DNA of 64,000 nucleotides from Mobula hypostoma. Lineage: Eukaryota. Where the stretch lies: the NCBI RefSeq assembly GCF_963921235.1, contig NC_086097.1:141424001-141488000 (forward strand). Direction: 5' to 3'. Shown piece by piece: positions 50,001 to 63,750 of the stretch (position 1 is its first letter; each line of letters opens with the position of its first letter). Under the pieces are notes generated by a model. It saw only the letters and a program-made list of their open reading frames with translations. It did not search any database and was not told where the DNA came from. The position numbers were made by a program, and so were the translations under genes.

Positions 50001-52559
50001 TTACTATTTTTGAAAGTGGATAAATTACTAGGTCCTGATAAAATATATCAAAAGTTGTTAATAGCAAGGAAGGAAATTGCAAATGCTTTGACCATCAATT
50101 TTTAATCCTCTCTACCTATGGTGGCACAGAGACCAATCCGATGACTGCAGTGTACCATCTGTAAAAGTGACTGAAAGTATAATCCAAGCTATTGTAGCCT
50201 TTCTATGAAGGGTTACCTGACTTGAAACATTAACTCATTTCTCTCTCCACAGATGCAGCTTGATCTGCTCAGTTTGTCCAGTGCTTTGATTCCACTTCAG
50301 ATTTGCAACTTGTGTTTTTTTAATTAAAAGCCAGTTAGTTTAAATTTGTTGGGCAAATTATTGGAATCTGTTTAAGGGACAATACACTAATTGTTCATTT
50401 AGAAAGATACAGATTAATCAAGGATAATCAATCTTGATTTATTATAGGAATATTGTGTCTGACTAACTAATTTATCTTTTTGAAACGATGTAAGTAATCT
50501 TACAGGAAATATGGTTGCATTGGAGTAGGTGCAGATGAGATTTATGAGGAGGCCGTCAGGAGTGGAGAACATTAATATTAAAGATTCTAAAGACAGGATA
50601 CACTGGAGTTGTTTTCTTGGGAATAGGGCTTTTGAAGAGATTCCTAATTGAAGTAGACAAAATTACAAAGGGTCTGGATTAAGTAACGGAGGTGTCAAAA
50701 ATCTGGAAGATGGGGAAGTGTAAATTTAAGGTTGTCAGTAGAAGTAATTAAGAGAGTGAGGAAAAATTATTTTCACCCTGAGCATGGATGGAGTCTGCAA
50801 CTCATCATTTCAAAGATTAGATGAGGCAATAACCTGCATCACTTTGGATGTGCACCTGAACACCAATGATATACAGGGCTAGACCAAGTGCTGTACCGTA
50901 GCACTTTCTTAACTAGTGTGGTCAATGTTTCCTTTGATGCTGTAATTTTCTAAAGATACCCATCATAAAAATCACAGTGTGGGGAGGGTGTTTGCAAAAC
51001 TTACGGACAGAAGATACATCACGAATATGTGTAGTACAGCAATGTGATTTCATTGCTGCATCACAATTCTGAATTTGGATGTAAATGATTACGTTTTATG
51101 TAAAAGTCTAGATAAATTTAGACTACAGTGTTTGAAGATGAAGAAGAGATTTCTTTCTTGGCCAGAAAATTGATAAGTCTATGGTGGTTTGAGATTCTTC
51201 ATTGGATTTATTTGGAATAATGTTAAAATAATCTTCTAGCTATAATTTACAAGGCATAGAAGTATTAACTCAATATAAAACAGTGATGCTTTTGTTTTCG
51301 TAAAAGATTTTTTAAATTTCTATCTAATTTTTAAACCAGACTTAAGATAGTTATAACTAGACTGCATCCAACCATCTTTTAAGTAATTACCCAAAATGAA
51401 ACAGGTACCAAATTTCCTGCAACTGAGAAAAATCTAACCTACTTAAGCAATGACAAAGTTTGGAAATATGGCTAAAGGGATTAGGAGCAAGTAGCTTAAC
51501 CACTCCTCTATTAGCAGACCTCCTGCTAATAGAACCCCGGTCTTGTTTGGCAACTATTCAATTTCTAAGCAGTAGAGTGCCAATGTCAGCCATAAAATGC
51601 AACTTACCATACACTAAGTGAGTACTTTTCATGACAGAATAAAATTACTGTTTCAAATAAGATCATTTCTAATTCCAACATTCAATCTAAAATTTGGACT
51701 TCCTTCTGAAGGAATCTCAATTCCCAACACTGCAAATTCTCAACAACTTTGCTTCTACAGCTGCAAAATTCTAATCTCAGTATTTTTCACAGCAAAAAGT
51801 CTGATTGAAATTCTTAAAAATCAGACACAGTAGAATATACGCAAATACTATTTGCGTAATATTCAAACTAAATAAACTACATTCATATTTACAGAACAAA
51901 CAGAATGCTTTTGCAGCCAAGTTCAAAGTTTGAAATCAAAATTCACTTTGGACAGACCTTGACATATCTAGTCTCTAGCCAACAGCTAAATAGAAACCTA
52001 CCTTCTACTAAACTTGCATTTTCAAGTAATTTTTATAGGATCCAAAAGATAGAAAATATATTCAAAACTAGAAAATGCGCTTCATAAAAATTTAAAACAC
52101 AAAGTTGGATCTTATTTAAATTCTGGACATATTAGCCTACGCACACAGCATGCAGCAATTGCATTCTGATCTGTAAAACAAATTATTAAACTATTTGTCT
52201 TTTCAGCAGCATAAGCAGTACTGGATGATAACAAGTAAATATTTAATGCCTTTTTAAAAACATTAGCCTTTGAGATTATATAGATATTTAGACAAGAGAA
52301 GATCAATGAGAGGAATAAAAGATTTGTATTTACATCTCAGTTGGGCCAACTTGGCAAATTGAATGTGTTATCTTAAAACCTCTACCTTAATCTACATTGG
52401 CCACGAGTTGTTTTTTTGGTTCAGGAGATCACATTATGCTTTAAATATATTCCCACAATGGCCAAGACCTAGTTTGTCAGCCCTTCCATATCTATTGCAA
52501 TAAGTTTATAATTATTGCCATATGATACAATGAATCAGATCAAAAACAGCATAACAAAA

Positions 52560-54430
52560 GACATCCAATTCCACAGGTTGGGAATTGCAGCAGGGCTAAT
52601 TTGGAGATGGGGGGAAATTGGGTAGGTCAATTGGATGAGCTTGTTTGGAGGAAAATGAACAAATGGCAAGTGAAAAGCTTTTAAGATTGAGATATCAAGA
52701 GTTTGGGGGCAGCATGTTCCTCTTAAGGTGAAGAGTAAACCTGGCAAGTTCAGGCAATCCTGGCTGACAAGAAATATTGCAGCTCTAGTCAAGAAAAAAA
52801 AAGTAAGCATGCATCTGGTTCAGGAGGTGGGGGAGTGTATCCCTTGATGACTAAAAAAAGGTTAAGAATATACCAGTGAGAGAAATCAAAACAAGGAGAG
52901 GATACAAGATGCATCTGTCAAGGTAGGGTTAAGGAAAATCCCAAGAGGTTCTATAGCCATATTACGAGTAGAAGGTGGCTAGAAAGAGAGTAGGTCCCCT
53001 GAGATTAGCAGGGCCACCTATGTCTTGAGCCACAGGAAATGAATGGGATTTTTAACAAATTTCTCCTCAGAGTTTAATGCTTCACAGTGCATTAAGGTGG
53101 ATAAATCCACAGGACCTGAATGAGCTTGTGGGAGGCTATTGAAGAAAAGTGAAGAAAATGCTGAGATTCTTTGCTTCATTAATAATCACTGGAAGTCCGC
53201 AGAGGTGACTAACGTTGTCATGTTGTTTAAGGGCAGCAAGGACAAGGTAGGGAACTAAAGGCCGATCAGCCTGACATCAGATACTAGGGGGGAATTCAAA
53301 GCCATATAAATCTACCAGCATCTGGATAGGCAGTCTAATTAGGTGGAGTCAGCATACGTGCGTGGGAAATTGTGGTTGACAAATCTTGTAAATTCATTGA
53401 GGTAACTAGAAGTATAGCTGAAGGTAGGGCAGTGGATGTCATCAAATTGGTCCGTAGCAAAGCTTTGACGAAGTCCTGCATGGCAGGCTGCTGTAGAATC
53501 CAGGGAGGTGCTAGTAAGGTGGATTCAAAATTAACTCAAAGGTAGGAAGCAAAAGGTGGTGGTTGAATGTTATGGAAACTGGTGACTAGGAGTGTGCCGC
53601 AGGGATCAATGTTGGGACCGTTGTTCTTCATCATTGATAAAAATGATTTGGATGTGAATGTACATGGCTCGATCAGTAAGTTTGCAGATGATACAAAATT
53701 GGGAAGTGTTGTTGATAGTGACGTAGGTTCTTGTGGATTACAGTGGGGTTTTAATCACTTAGAGAGGTGGGCTGAAGGATGGCAAGTAGATTTTAATACT
53801 GATAAGTTTGAGGAGATGTATTTTGGATAGTCTAATCAGATGAGGTCTCATATTATGAATTGAAGGGCACTAGGGATTAAAATGGAACAGATTGCAAGTG
53901 GCATGTTCGCTGAAAGCAGTGTCACAAGTAGACAAGGTGGCAAAAAAGGTGTTTAGCATGCCAGGGCACTGAGGATAAGAGCTGGGATATTATGTTGCAG
54001 TTGTGTACGAGTTGCCCATGAAGCTGTATTCGGAGTACTGTTTACAGTTTTGGTCACCCTGTTAAGGTAGTTACATTGGAAAGAGTACAGAAAGAATTTA
54101 CAAGAATGTTGCCAGTACTGAAGCAAATTATGATAAGTATAGACAAGGTGGATTATGTCCAAAATTAGGGCGCATAGATTTAGGATGGGAGGGGAGAGAT
54201 TTATAAGGGACCCAAGGGGCAACCTTTTCACCATACAACGTCTGGTGAATAAATGGAAAAGTTTGCCAGAGGAAACGAAGAGGCAGGTTTATTAGTATCA
54301 TTTAAGAAGTGCTCAGCTAGGTACATTAAAGGGAGGGGCCTGGAGGGAGATGTGATGAATGCAGAAAATAGGGACACCATACTCGGTATGGACAAAAGAG
54401 CCTGTATCCATTCTGTATCACTCCGTGACA
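52560..54430 (+). mobile_element. Decayed CR1 LINE in EPDR1 intron 2
   Basis: VTRSVPQGSMLGPLFFII...ISKFADDTKLG...WQVDFNTDK. Confidence 0.85.
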
Positions 54431-55612
54431 CTTTATAACTGCCATCAAACACTAGAAACATTCTTTAATGCACACCAATATTTGAAACTACCACTATACT
54501 CAATAATTTAAATGATCCAGTAGCTTAAAACAAAACCAGAAGACACAAGTGACAGGAGAGTTAGGACATTCAGCCGCTAAATCTGCTCTGCCATTCCATC
54601 ACAGCCGATTTACTACACCGCTCAGTCTCATTCTCCTGCCTTTTCCATGTAACGATTGACGCCCTGACTAGGCAAGAACCTATCAACCTTCGCTTTAAAT
54701 ACACCCAATGACTTGGGCACCACAGCCGCCTATGGCAATGAATTCCACAGATTCACTCCCCTCTGGCTAAAGAAATTCCTCATCTCTCTTCTAAATGGAC
54801 CTTCCTCTACTCTGCGGGTGTGACCTCTGGTCCTAGACTTACCCATATAGGAAACATCCTCCCACATCCACTCTAGCCAGACCTTTCAATATCAAATAGG
54901 TTTAAATAAGATCCCCGCTCATTCTTCTATACTCCAGTGCGTAAAGGCTCAGACCCATTAACCTTTTCATTCCTGGAATCAAATATAACACCTTCAGTCC
55001 TGTATTCATCGCCCTTTTAAATGTTGGCCCCATGTTACACGTCAACATCCCACTGGCTGCAAATTTGCCCCGTCATCTGCCTGTCCTTCATCACAGTTGC
55101 ACTAGACATGACATCTACTTGTGTATCAAAACAAGGTTTTATATACAGCTATTCAGAATATCAGAAGTTCTAAATTTTGGAAGGCTAACCAGGATATTAT
55201 TGCAGATGTCAATAGTGAATTCAGTGGAAGTATTCAGTTGATTTATACAAATTAAGATATCAATAGCCTAATAAAATACTAAGTTTTAGGTTTTAACTCT
55301 TATCCCTCGTTGCATGTAATGGTGCCTTTATTAATACTTGTTTCTATTTGATTACTCTCAGAAGAGTTCATTGGGTCAATGAGAAATGTATGTGGTTTTG
55401 ATATTGTTGCAATATTTTAATATCAATGAGACTTATAGTAGGGGGATTGCATCAGACATCAACTTTGTGTTGCATTATCTGCATCCACTGGGAATAAAAT
55501 TGCATTGAAGTTCACTGGAAGAAATCCCAATCTTAATATCTTCAATACTTGTAGTCTCAATCAGCTAAAGTATCACCACCTAATGCACCTCTACAAATAG
55601 CATGCTACTTAC

Positions 55613-55821
55613 ATTGACGAGCAGGTTTCCTATCGGACCATTCTTGAACCTCAATCTGGTCTCCTGGCCCACCGATGTTGTACTGATCTTCATACGTGGA
55701 GTTATCAGGAATATCATATGGGTCCCATGGCTGAGGAAGAGGCAGTTTGGTACACTGCATTGTCACTTGCTCAATCTTGAAAAGCACTGGGTTTTTAAAC
55801 AAATAAATGTATTCATAAAAT
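55613..55821 (-). CDS. EPDR1: EPDR1 coding exon 2 (209 bp)
   Basis: Acceptor ttccttctag|A at 55821 and donor T|gtaagt at 55613. Encodes FYEYIYLFKNPVLFKIEQVTMQCTK...WDPYDIPDNSTYEDQYNIGGPGDQIEVQEWSDRKPARQ, matching the EPDR1 middle region. Phases fit exons 1 and 3. Confidence 0.97.
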
Positions 55822-56849
55822 CTAGAAGGAACAAAAAGAAAGTCAGGGGCCATATAAAGAGATATTGGACATCTGAAAGAAAAACAGAAAATAATGCAGA
55901 TACTTTAATGACTTACCTCAATGTTGTCAAATTATGTAAATTCTGCATCTGTTTCTTAAAAGTTACCAACAGCCTATCCATGAAATCTTTTAATGAAACC
56001 CGATCTCCCATAGTTTATTTTGTTTAGATTTGGAATCCTAGCTTCAAAATGAATTACTGCACCTTTCATCTTAATGACTTATGTCATGGTCACTACTTCC
56101 TAATGAACTTTGCCCTACAAGTTTAACTAACATTGTCTTATTGAAAAACACCCAGTCAAGGGTAATCTTCTTCCAGTTGGCTGCTCAACAAAATGATACA
56201 AAAAGTCATCCCACACACTACAGGAATTCTTCCTCTGGAGTATTATTGCAGATTTAGTTTGTCTTGACTATAAGCAAAATAAAGTTACTAACAATTCTAT
56301 TAGCATTGTCCATGATACATTCACCCTTCATTTCCTGTTTGCTGTCCCCTGTATTACCACAATAATTTGGTGTTTCAAGGTGTATAGACAACTTCAACCA
56401 ATAATTTTCATGTTTTTGTTTATTCGCTCCATGCAGGCCCACTCCTTTACACAGGTACTGGAAATGACATGAAACAATTTTTAATCTTGAAATTGACTTT
56501 ATTCTTTACTAGCAGCAACACACTAACCGGTTTTTCCTTTTTTTAAGTTCACAGATATGATAAAGAATGCATGCTGAATGCAGAAACTAGTAGGTTGAAA
56601 GATGACAACCAAGGAAACTACTTTTGTTTTGTAATGAGGCAGGATGGGCTGGTAGGGGAAAACAGATACAAGAAGTCTGAGAAAATAAGCAAATGTTTCA
56701 TCGACCAACACAGAAGGGAAAACAAGTTTCCTGAAAGAGTGGAAAACTTAAAATGTCCTGAAACAGACGATCTCATCGTGAAGGCAGATGCAACAGAAAA
56801 ACTGGGAGAAAGGGAGGTCATCATGATAAGAGACAGTGTGAAGAGGTGT

Positions 56850-59080
56850 AGTCATAGAGTTTTAAAGGAGGGAAGCAGGCCCTTCAGCCCAAGGTCCATG
56901 GGGACTGTGTTGTCCAGTAAGCTAGTACCATGTGCCTCCATTTGGCCCATGGCCCTCTAAACCCCTATCCCCATACTTAACAAGATAGCTTTTAAACATT
57001 GCTAATGTGCCTGCCTCGATCACTATTTTTGGCATCTCATTACAAATACGCAACCCTTTGTACGAAAAAGCTGTTCCTGGTATCCCTTTGAAATTTCTCC
57101 CTCTCATCTTAAACCTATGCCACCCCCACCCTTGCTAGGGGGGGAAAAAAAACAATGTGCTTTCACTCTGTCTATGCCACCCATGATCTTATATACCTCT
57201 TCAGGTTACCTCTCAAATCTCGTGTTCCAAGGAATAAAGTCAAAGTCTATGCAAACCCACCTTCTAACTCACCACCGCCCCCCCCCCACCACCTCATCCA
57301 GGCAACATCCTGGTAAAGCTTTTCTACACCATTTCTAGTTTAATAGCATCTTTCTTATAATAGGGTGACCAAACTACATAATAGTTCCGAACTCCTGTAC
57401 TCAGTGTCCTGACCGATGAAATCCAGTACCCTAAGCACCTTATTCATCACCCATCTTTCAACAAACTATGCAGTTGCACTCTGCAGGGCCCTCCCATTCA
57501 TTGTACAAATTCCACCCTGGTTCAACCTTGCAAAAATGCAATACCTCACATTGATATGAATTGAAAGCCATTTACCAATCCCCATCCCATTTACCATCTG
57601 ATCAACACTCCCCTGTAATTTTTTATGACCTTCCACACTGCCAAAACACCAGCTATTTTAGCATCATTTGAAAACTTGCGGACACTCAAATCATTACAAA
57701 AAAGACAAAGGTTTCAGCACTGACCCATGGCACACTACCAAGTCACAGGCCTCCAGTCTGAAAAATAGCCCTTGACCATCAGCCTTTGTTTCCAGCTGTG
57801 AGCCACTTATTAATCCCAATTAGCTATCTCCCCCGGATCCCATGTTTACCTTCCAGGCTAGTCTGCCATGTGGGACCTTTTCAAAGGCTTTGTTAAAGTC
57901 CATGTAGACAACATCCACTGCCCTAAAAGAACTCCAAGAGATTTGTCAGACATGACTTCCCACACATAAAACAGTGTTGAGTGCCCTGGATCAGAATCTG
58001 TGTCTCTAAATTTTGGTAGACCTGTCCCTCAGAATCCCCAATGTCAGACTAACTGCCCTATAGTTTTCTGGTTTATTTTTTGCGACCCTTTTTAAACAAT
58101 GGCACCACATCAGCCACTCTGCAGTCCTCCAAAGCTCACTTGTGGTCAGAGATGAAGCAACAAATCTCTGTCATTTCTTCATTAGCTTCCCACAAGGTCT
58201 GAGAATGCACCAGGCCAGGCATTGGAGATTTACCATTTTAATGCACTTTGGCTGGTGGGGTAGAGCTACGTCTCTACCGAAGGAAGTGCAAGGCACTCCT
58301 TCCTACCCCTAACCTACAGGTGACCCTTGGGCAAGGTGTAGCACCTGCTTAGTTCCCCCCCCCCAAAAATCAGGGTCACTCAAAGCCATGGGAAGAGGTG
58401 GTGGATGGTTGTATGAGCAGCTGGTGCATATCACAAGTCCTGGGTATGCAACCAGTGACGCAGACAATCTCTGAAGAGTATTGATAATGGCTGAGGTCAA
58501 CTGTCTTGTAAAGACACTGCCCAGAAAGAGGAAAGGGCAAACTACTTCTCTAGAAAAATTTCCCGAGAATGATCATGGTCTTAAAGACGATGATCGTCCA
58601 CACCATCCGGCACGGCCCATAATGGTGATAATGAATGTACTTTAAGAACTCCAATACCTCTTCCCTGCTAATCTGTGTGATCCAAGACACCATCACTGAT
58701 TTACCTTATTTCTTTAGCCTCCATTGCCTTCCACAATAGAAAGTGAGGAGGAATATTTATTAAGAAGTTTTATCCATTTCCTCTGGCTCCACACACAGAC
58801 AGCTATACTGATATATAGGGGGACCTGTTCTTTCCCTAGTGATCATCATTTTAATATACCTATGGTATATTGTGTCACCTCGCATACCAGATCCCTCTCA
58901 TCTCCTCTTTTTGACCTCCTAACTTCTCTCCTAACTGCATTCCTACACTTGTAAACATTAAACGATTCACCAGTTCCCAATTGCTTACAGTGCATGACTC
59001 CTTCATTTTCTTAACCTGAGCATGAATACCTTTCCTCAACCAGAGTTCCTGAAACTTACCAGCCTTGCCCTTCAGCACAT
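56850..59080 (-). mobile_element. Decayed CR1 in EPDR1 intron 1, interrupted by an RTE-tailed SINE-like insert (about 58250-58630)
   Basis: Minus-strand CR1 RT nucleotide motifs (ATGTGGGACCTTTTCAAAGGCTTT, CAGCACTGACCC) and a 3' tail near 56850. Confidence 0.7.
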
Positions 59081-59084
59081 CAGC

Positions 59085-60395
59085 TCCTCCCTGAGAAGCA
59101 ACTTGGATCTAGTACAATTTGCTTACCATCACAACAGGTCTTCCTAGAACATTTGGATAGCATAGACACATACATTAGGATGCTCTTCATTGACTACAGC
59201 TTGGCATTCGTTACTATTATCCCCTCAAAACTAATCAATAAGCTTCAAGTCCTAGGTCTCAATACCATCTTGTGCAACTGGATCCTCATACAGACACCAG
59301 TCAGTTCAGACTGGCAACATTTCCTTCACAAGCTCCCTCAGTTCAGGTGCACAAGGCTGCGTGCTTAGCCCCCTGCTCTACTCACTTTATACTTATGACT
59401 AAGGCAGTTTCAATGCCGTATTTAAGTTTGCCAATGACACCATGGTCATTGGCCAAATCAAAAGTGGTGAAAAAACAGCATATAAGAGGGAGATTGAAAA
59501 TCTGCCTGAGTGGTGCCATAACAACAACTTCTCACTCAAAGTCAGCAAGATCAAAGAGATGATTATTGAATTCCAGAGGAGGAAACCCGAGATCTTCGGG
59601 AGATCAAAGCTGGAGAGGGTCGGTAACTTTAAATTCCTCAGTGTTATCATTTCACAGCATTTGTCCTGGGTCCAACACACCAGCACAATCACGACGAAAG
59701 CACAGCAGTGCCTCTACTTTCTCAGAAGTTTGTGAAGACTTGGCACGTTGTCTAAGACTTTGACAAAATTCTATAGATGGGTTGTATATTGACTGATTGC
59801 ATCACAGCCTGTTATGAAACTACTAATGCTCTTGCACAAAAAACTGATAAAAAAGTAGTGGACACAGCCCAGTCCATCACGGGGAAAGCCCTCCCCACCG
59901 TTGAGCACAATAATATGAAGCGCTGTCGCTGGAAAGCAGCATCGATCATCAAGGACCCCCACCCTCCAGGCCATGCTCTCTTTTTGCTTCAGTCATCAGG
60001 AAGATGGTACAGGAGCCTCAAGACCTGCACCAGCAGGTGCAGGTTCAGGATCAGTTATTACCCTTCAACCATCAAGCTTTTGAACCAGAGGGGATAACTT
60101 CATTCATTTTCATTCGCCCTATCACTGAAATGTTCCCAGAAGCTAAGGCCTCAATTTCAAGAACTCTTCATCTCATGTTTTTGATATTTATAACCTATTT
60201 ATTTATTATCTTTCATTTTGTATTTGCGCAGTTGTTGATTTTTTCACATTGGTTGCTGTCTGTCCTGTTGGGTGGGGTCTTTCATTCATTCTGTAGTGTT
60301 TCTTGTAGTTACTGTGAATGCCTGCAAGAAAATAAATCTCAGGGTTGTACATGGTGACATGTGTACTTTAATCATAAATTTACTTTGAACTTCAC
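59085..60395 (+). mobile_element. Rex1/Babar-type LINE 3' part
   Basis: [40 protein letters not shown] and QQCLYFLRSL; tail ending TTTGAACTT. Confidence 0.85.
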
Positions 60396-61371
60396 CTTAA
60401 CAAGAGCACACAGGTTTTCTAAGGATCCACTTAGCAGACACTCCTTTCCCTGCAAACAATCCCACCAAGTCAACCTCTAGAAGATCTTACCTAAAGGCTC
60501 CAAAATTTGCTCTGCTCTAGTGCAGGACCTAACCTACCAATCAATTGTATCCTTGTCCGTAACTATTTTAGAGCTAATAGAAGTGTGGTCACTGGAACCA
60601 AAGAGCTTACTGACAGACAGTTCTGCCATTTGCCCTGCCTTATTCTCCAGAAGCAGGTCCTGTATTGCACCCTCTCAAGTACTGTAGGACCCTCTCTGTA
60701 CAGTTAAAGGAAACTTCCTTCCACACATTGCAAAGTGCAGTCCAGTAGCTGAAGGAGTTATTGGGATTATAGTAAATGTTAGGGGATAATATGTCTTTTG
60801 AAATAGAGATGGATAAATTCCAGTAAAGGACAGAAGTGTCAGAAATGGTCTAAAGGAATTTGACAGCAGGTGTAAGTTAGATATTAAAATTTAGAAATCT
60901 GCCTCTTTCAGGGGTGGTATTATTAATTTCTTATTGTTGTGAACAGTGGGCAGTTAAAGTCTGAATGCTTTACTGAGAATTGCTCACTCCGCAGCTGATT
61001 GGGAAAGCCTATTATTAGTCAAATGATACAACTCAGCTTTAACTCCACTGGAAAACATGTACCAGCAACTCGTGTCAGGATATCAGCGGGCATGTAGGTG
61101 CAGTGCAGATCCTGGCACATTATTTCTGAAGCCTCATAAATGCACTGTCATCACACAGCGTCGTTAGCCTTCCGCAGTATTTGTGCGAGCAGTACAGTAT
61201 ACCTACGAAAGAAACGGCCTCTCTTAAGTGTTATTCCGTGGGTAAGAATCATAAACACCCATTGCAGATAAACAGGGCAATAGAGCTATGTATTAACCTA
61301 AGCCCTTGGGTAACACAGGGCCCCGAGGAGGAGACAGGGGTAGCGGCCATCACGCCCGGGATTACACCTAC

Positions 61372-61643
61372 TTTTTGCAGGGGATGTGGCCCTTCTTCTC
61401 ATCCACGATCCGGATGCGCTGGTTTTTCCCGTCGTACGAGATCAACACTCGGCTGTTCCGACCCGTCTTGTGATTATACACAACAGCCCGGCCTTCCCAC
61501 TGCTGAGGGGCTTGGCACGGCTTAGGCTGCACCGACACCGCGGACTCGAACACCCGGGTGGGTCGGGGTAGGCAGGACACGGACATCAGCCCGCAGTACA
61601 GCAGCGGCCACACCAAGCCCGCACGCAGCCAGCCATCAGCCAT
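61372..61643 (-). CDS. EPDR1: Ependymin-related protein 1 (MERP1), coding exon 1
   Basis: ATG at 61643 in strong Kozak context (gtcgccATGG). Translation gives a hydrophobic signal-like N-terminus, then PCQAPQQWEGR...SYDGKNQRIRIVDEKKGHIPCK, the ependymin-family N-terminal signature. Donor AA|gtaggt at 61372/61371 (phase 2). Confidence 0.96.
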
Positions 61644-61649
61644 GGCGAC

Positions 61650-61740
61650 ACCAACTGATTGCACGTGACCGACGTGGGGCCAAAGAGCGGGGGGGGTAGC
61701 AACGGTCACGTGAATGGGGTCGGGGCGGAAGAGGTCAGCC
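61650..61740 (-). promoter_or_regulatory. EPDR1 GC-rich proximal promoter with two CLEAR/E-box motifs and a GC/ETS box
   Basis: GGTCACGTGC (minus strand, 61661-61670) and GGTCACGTGA (61704-61713); GGGGCGGAAG at about 61722-61731. The CpG-rich zone runs about 61320-61800 in an otherwise CpG-poor window. Confidence 0.7.
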
Positions 61741-62619
61741 CTCTGGTAATGACACCCATGGAGCTGAGGGGCAAGTGGGTGGCTGTCCGCTGCCAAACGC
61801 GGTTATACAGTGCAGGTGCTGGAAAGCAGCAAACTCATTCTCCTTCCCTGGAGGACCTGTTCTTATTTCTAGCCTCCGGAGTAATGAATGAGTTTTGTGA
61901 CTGGCGATTTTTTTTTGGAAAGCTTTGAATTTTTATATCCCCCAACAATCTAGAAGTTGGAGGTGACGATGGGTTTTCTGTCATGTCTCTTGTGCATACT
62001 CTAGACCATTTTCAAACAGTGAAAATGAAATTCGGTGTCACTTAAACAAATTCTGAGAGGCGCTTTCCTTTAATGGGGCTGAGAGGCTGGCTCTTTAAAT
62101 TTGAAAGAAGTAGCCCTGGAACCTGCTACTCTGGTGTACTGTACCACACTGTGGGAAGGATGTGATTGAACTGAAGGAGGGGCAGAGGAGGATCCCAGTG
62201 GACCTGGGATGGAGCATCACAGTTTATGAGGATATGCTGATTTACTGCTTTGTAAATGAGAAGCTGAAGATTGAGGTATACAAAATTATAAGGGGCGTAG
62301 ATAGGGTAAATAATGAGAAATTGTTCCCCTAGCTGATTTATAACTACGGATTATAAAGGATGAGAGATTTGAGGAAGAATGTTTTTCACCTAAATAATGG
62401 CTGAACTGTCTGCAAATGTAATGGTGTCAGGAAACGTAGAGGAGGTTTGACCAAAACATAGGGCAGCAGAGACAATTTAGCAATGAGTAGTCACATCAAT
62501 AATAAACTACAAAATAACAGGCCACAAAACAGATAGAAGATGCTTAACATGACAAGGTAACTGAAGGCTTGGAGCAACTGTTGAAAGTTGGCTGGCTTGA
62601 TGGGTGAACAAAATATTGT

Positions 62620-62727
62620 CTGTGTCTGTGTCTTGTTCTACGGCGGTTGGCACCCAGTTTAATGGTGCATTACCGCCACCTTCTGTTCCGGAGTGTGCAA
62701 TAGACGTACATTCTAAATCCCTTCGCC

Positions 62728-62794
<67 letters not shown>

Positions 62795-63750
62795 GCACAC
62801 TTTATCCTCCAATCTTTGGCCATCCTAGTACCCTATTCCTGTTTATCCGTCATAACCTATAAAAAAAACCCTGTACCTCTTAAGAGAGCTAAAAATACCC
62901 TAACCTGTGCTCTCTCACCCATGCCCAGCAACCGTTTGAATGTGAATTCCTGCACCCCCAATTCCCTTAGTTTAATTCTCATCATCTCTCTCTGTATCCC
63001 ATTCTTGCTGCAACTCAGAACTACATGTTGTACTGTCTCCTCTTCCTGACAGTCCTCACACAATCCTGTCTGGTGTTTCCCTATCATTTTCAATGTTTTG
63101 TTTAATGCATAGTGTCCCAGCCTTAACCTAGCCCACACAGTTTCCTCTCTTCTGTTTCCACTACCTACCCTGGTACCTGCAACACTTTTTTGTATTTGAT
63201 ATAAATGCCTCCCTTTCCCCTTCCTGTCCCATCTTTCTTGCCACATTTGGTTGATTTTTTCCCAGATTACACACTTAACCTCTGCTTTACTGATACTAAT
63301 GTGCATTTCTATGTTTTCTTTCTTTAACGCCCTCTTTGCAAACTCATCCACCCTCTCATTCTCTTTCACCCCTACATGTGCTGGAACCCATAGAAATTTT
63401 ACCTGACCTCCCTGATTTGCAATTCTTGCAACTGACTGAAGGTCTTCATAAAGTACATCTTGCTGACTGTTTGTGTGAAAAGACCTTAAACTTGCTAGAA
63501 CTGAGGCTGAATCTGAGCATATCAATGCTTTGATTTGTCTGGCTTTCAGCACCCATTGCAACGCAACCAACACTGCCAGCACCTCCACTGTAAACACCCC
63601 TAACTTATTATATGTTCTTCTGCTCATTCCAATTTCTTTTGCTGGTATAACCACCCCAAACCCTGTCACTCCTGTTTCAGGTTCCTTCGCACCATCCGTA
63701 TAAATGTGAGTATAATCACTATACTTTTCCATCACTTGACAGTTAAATGC
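62620..63750 (-). mobile_element. Nimb/I-clade non-LTR retrotransposon, 5'-truncated (RNase H and C-terminal zinc knuckle)
   Basis: IYTDGAK...TVEVLAV...ICSDSAS...WVPAHVGVKENERVD (RNase H) and RLRLGH...CEDCQEEETVQHVVLSC. 14-bp TSD GAACAAAATATTGT (62606-62619, 63751-63764). Confidence 0.9.
62731..62800. repeat. (CT)n(CA)n microsatellite
   Basis: Directly visible; lies in the 3' UTR of the Nimb-like element. Confidence 0.95.

Noticed and set aside
61644..61796. In-frame N-terminal extension of EPDR1 in the ORF track
   Set aside because: It starts at TTG and runs through promoter motifs. The ATG at 61643 has an ideal Kozak context and directly precedes the signal peptide.
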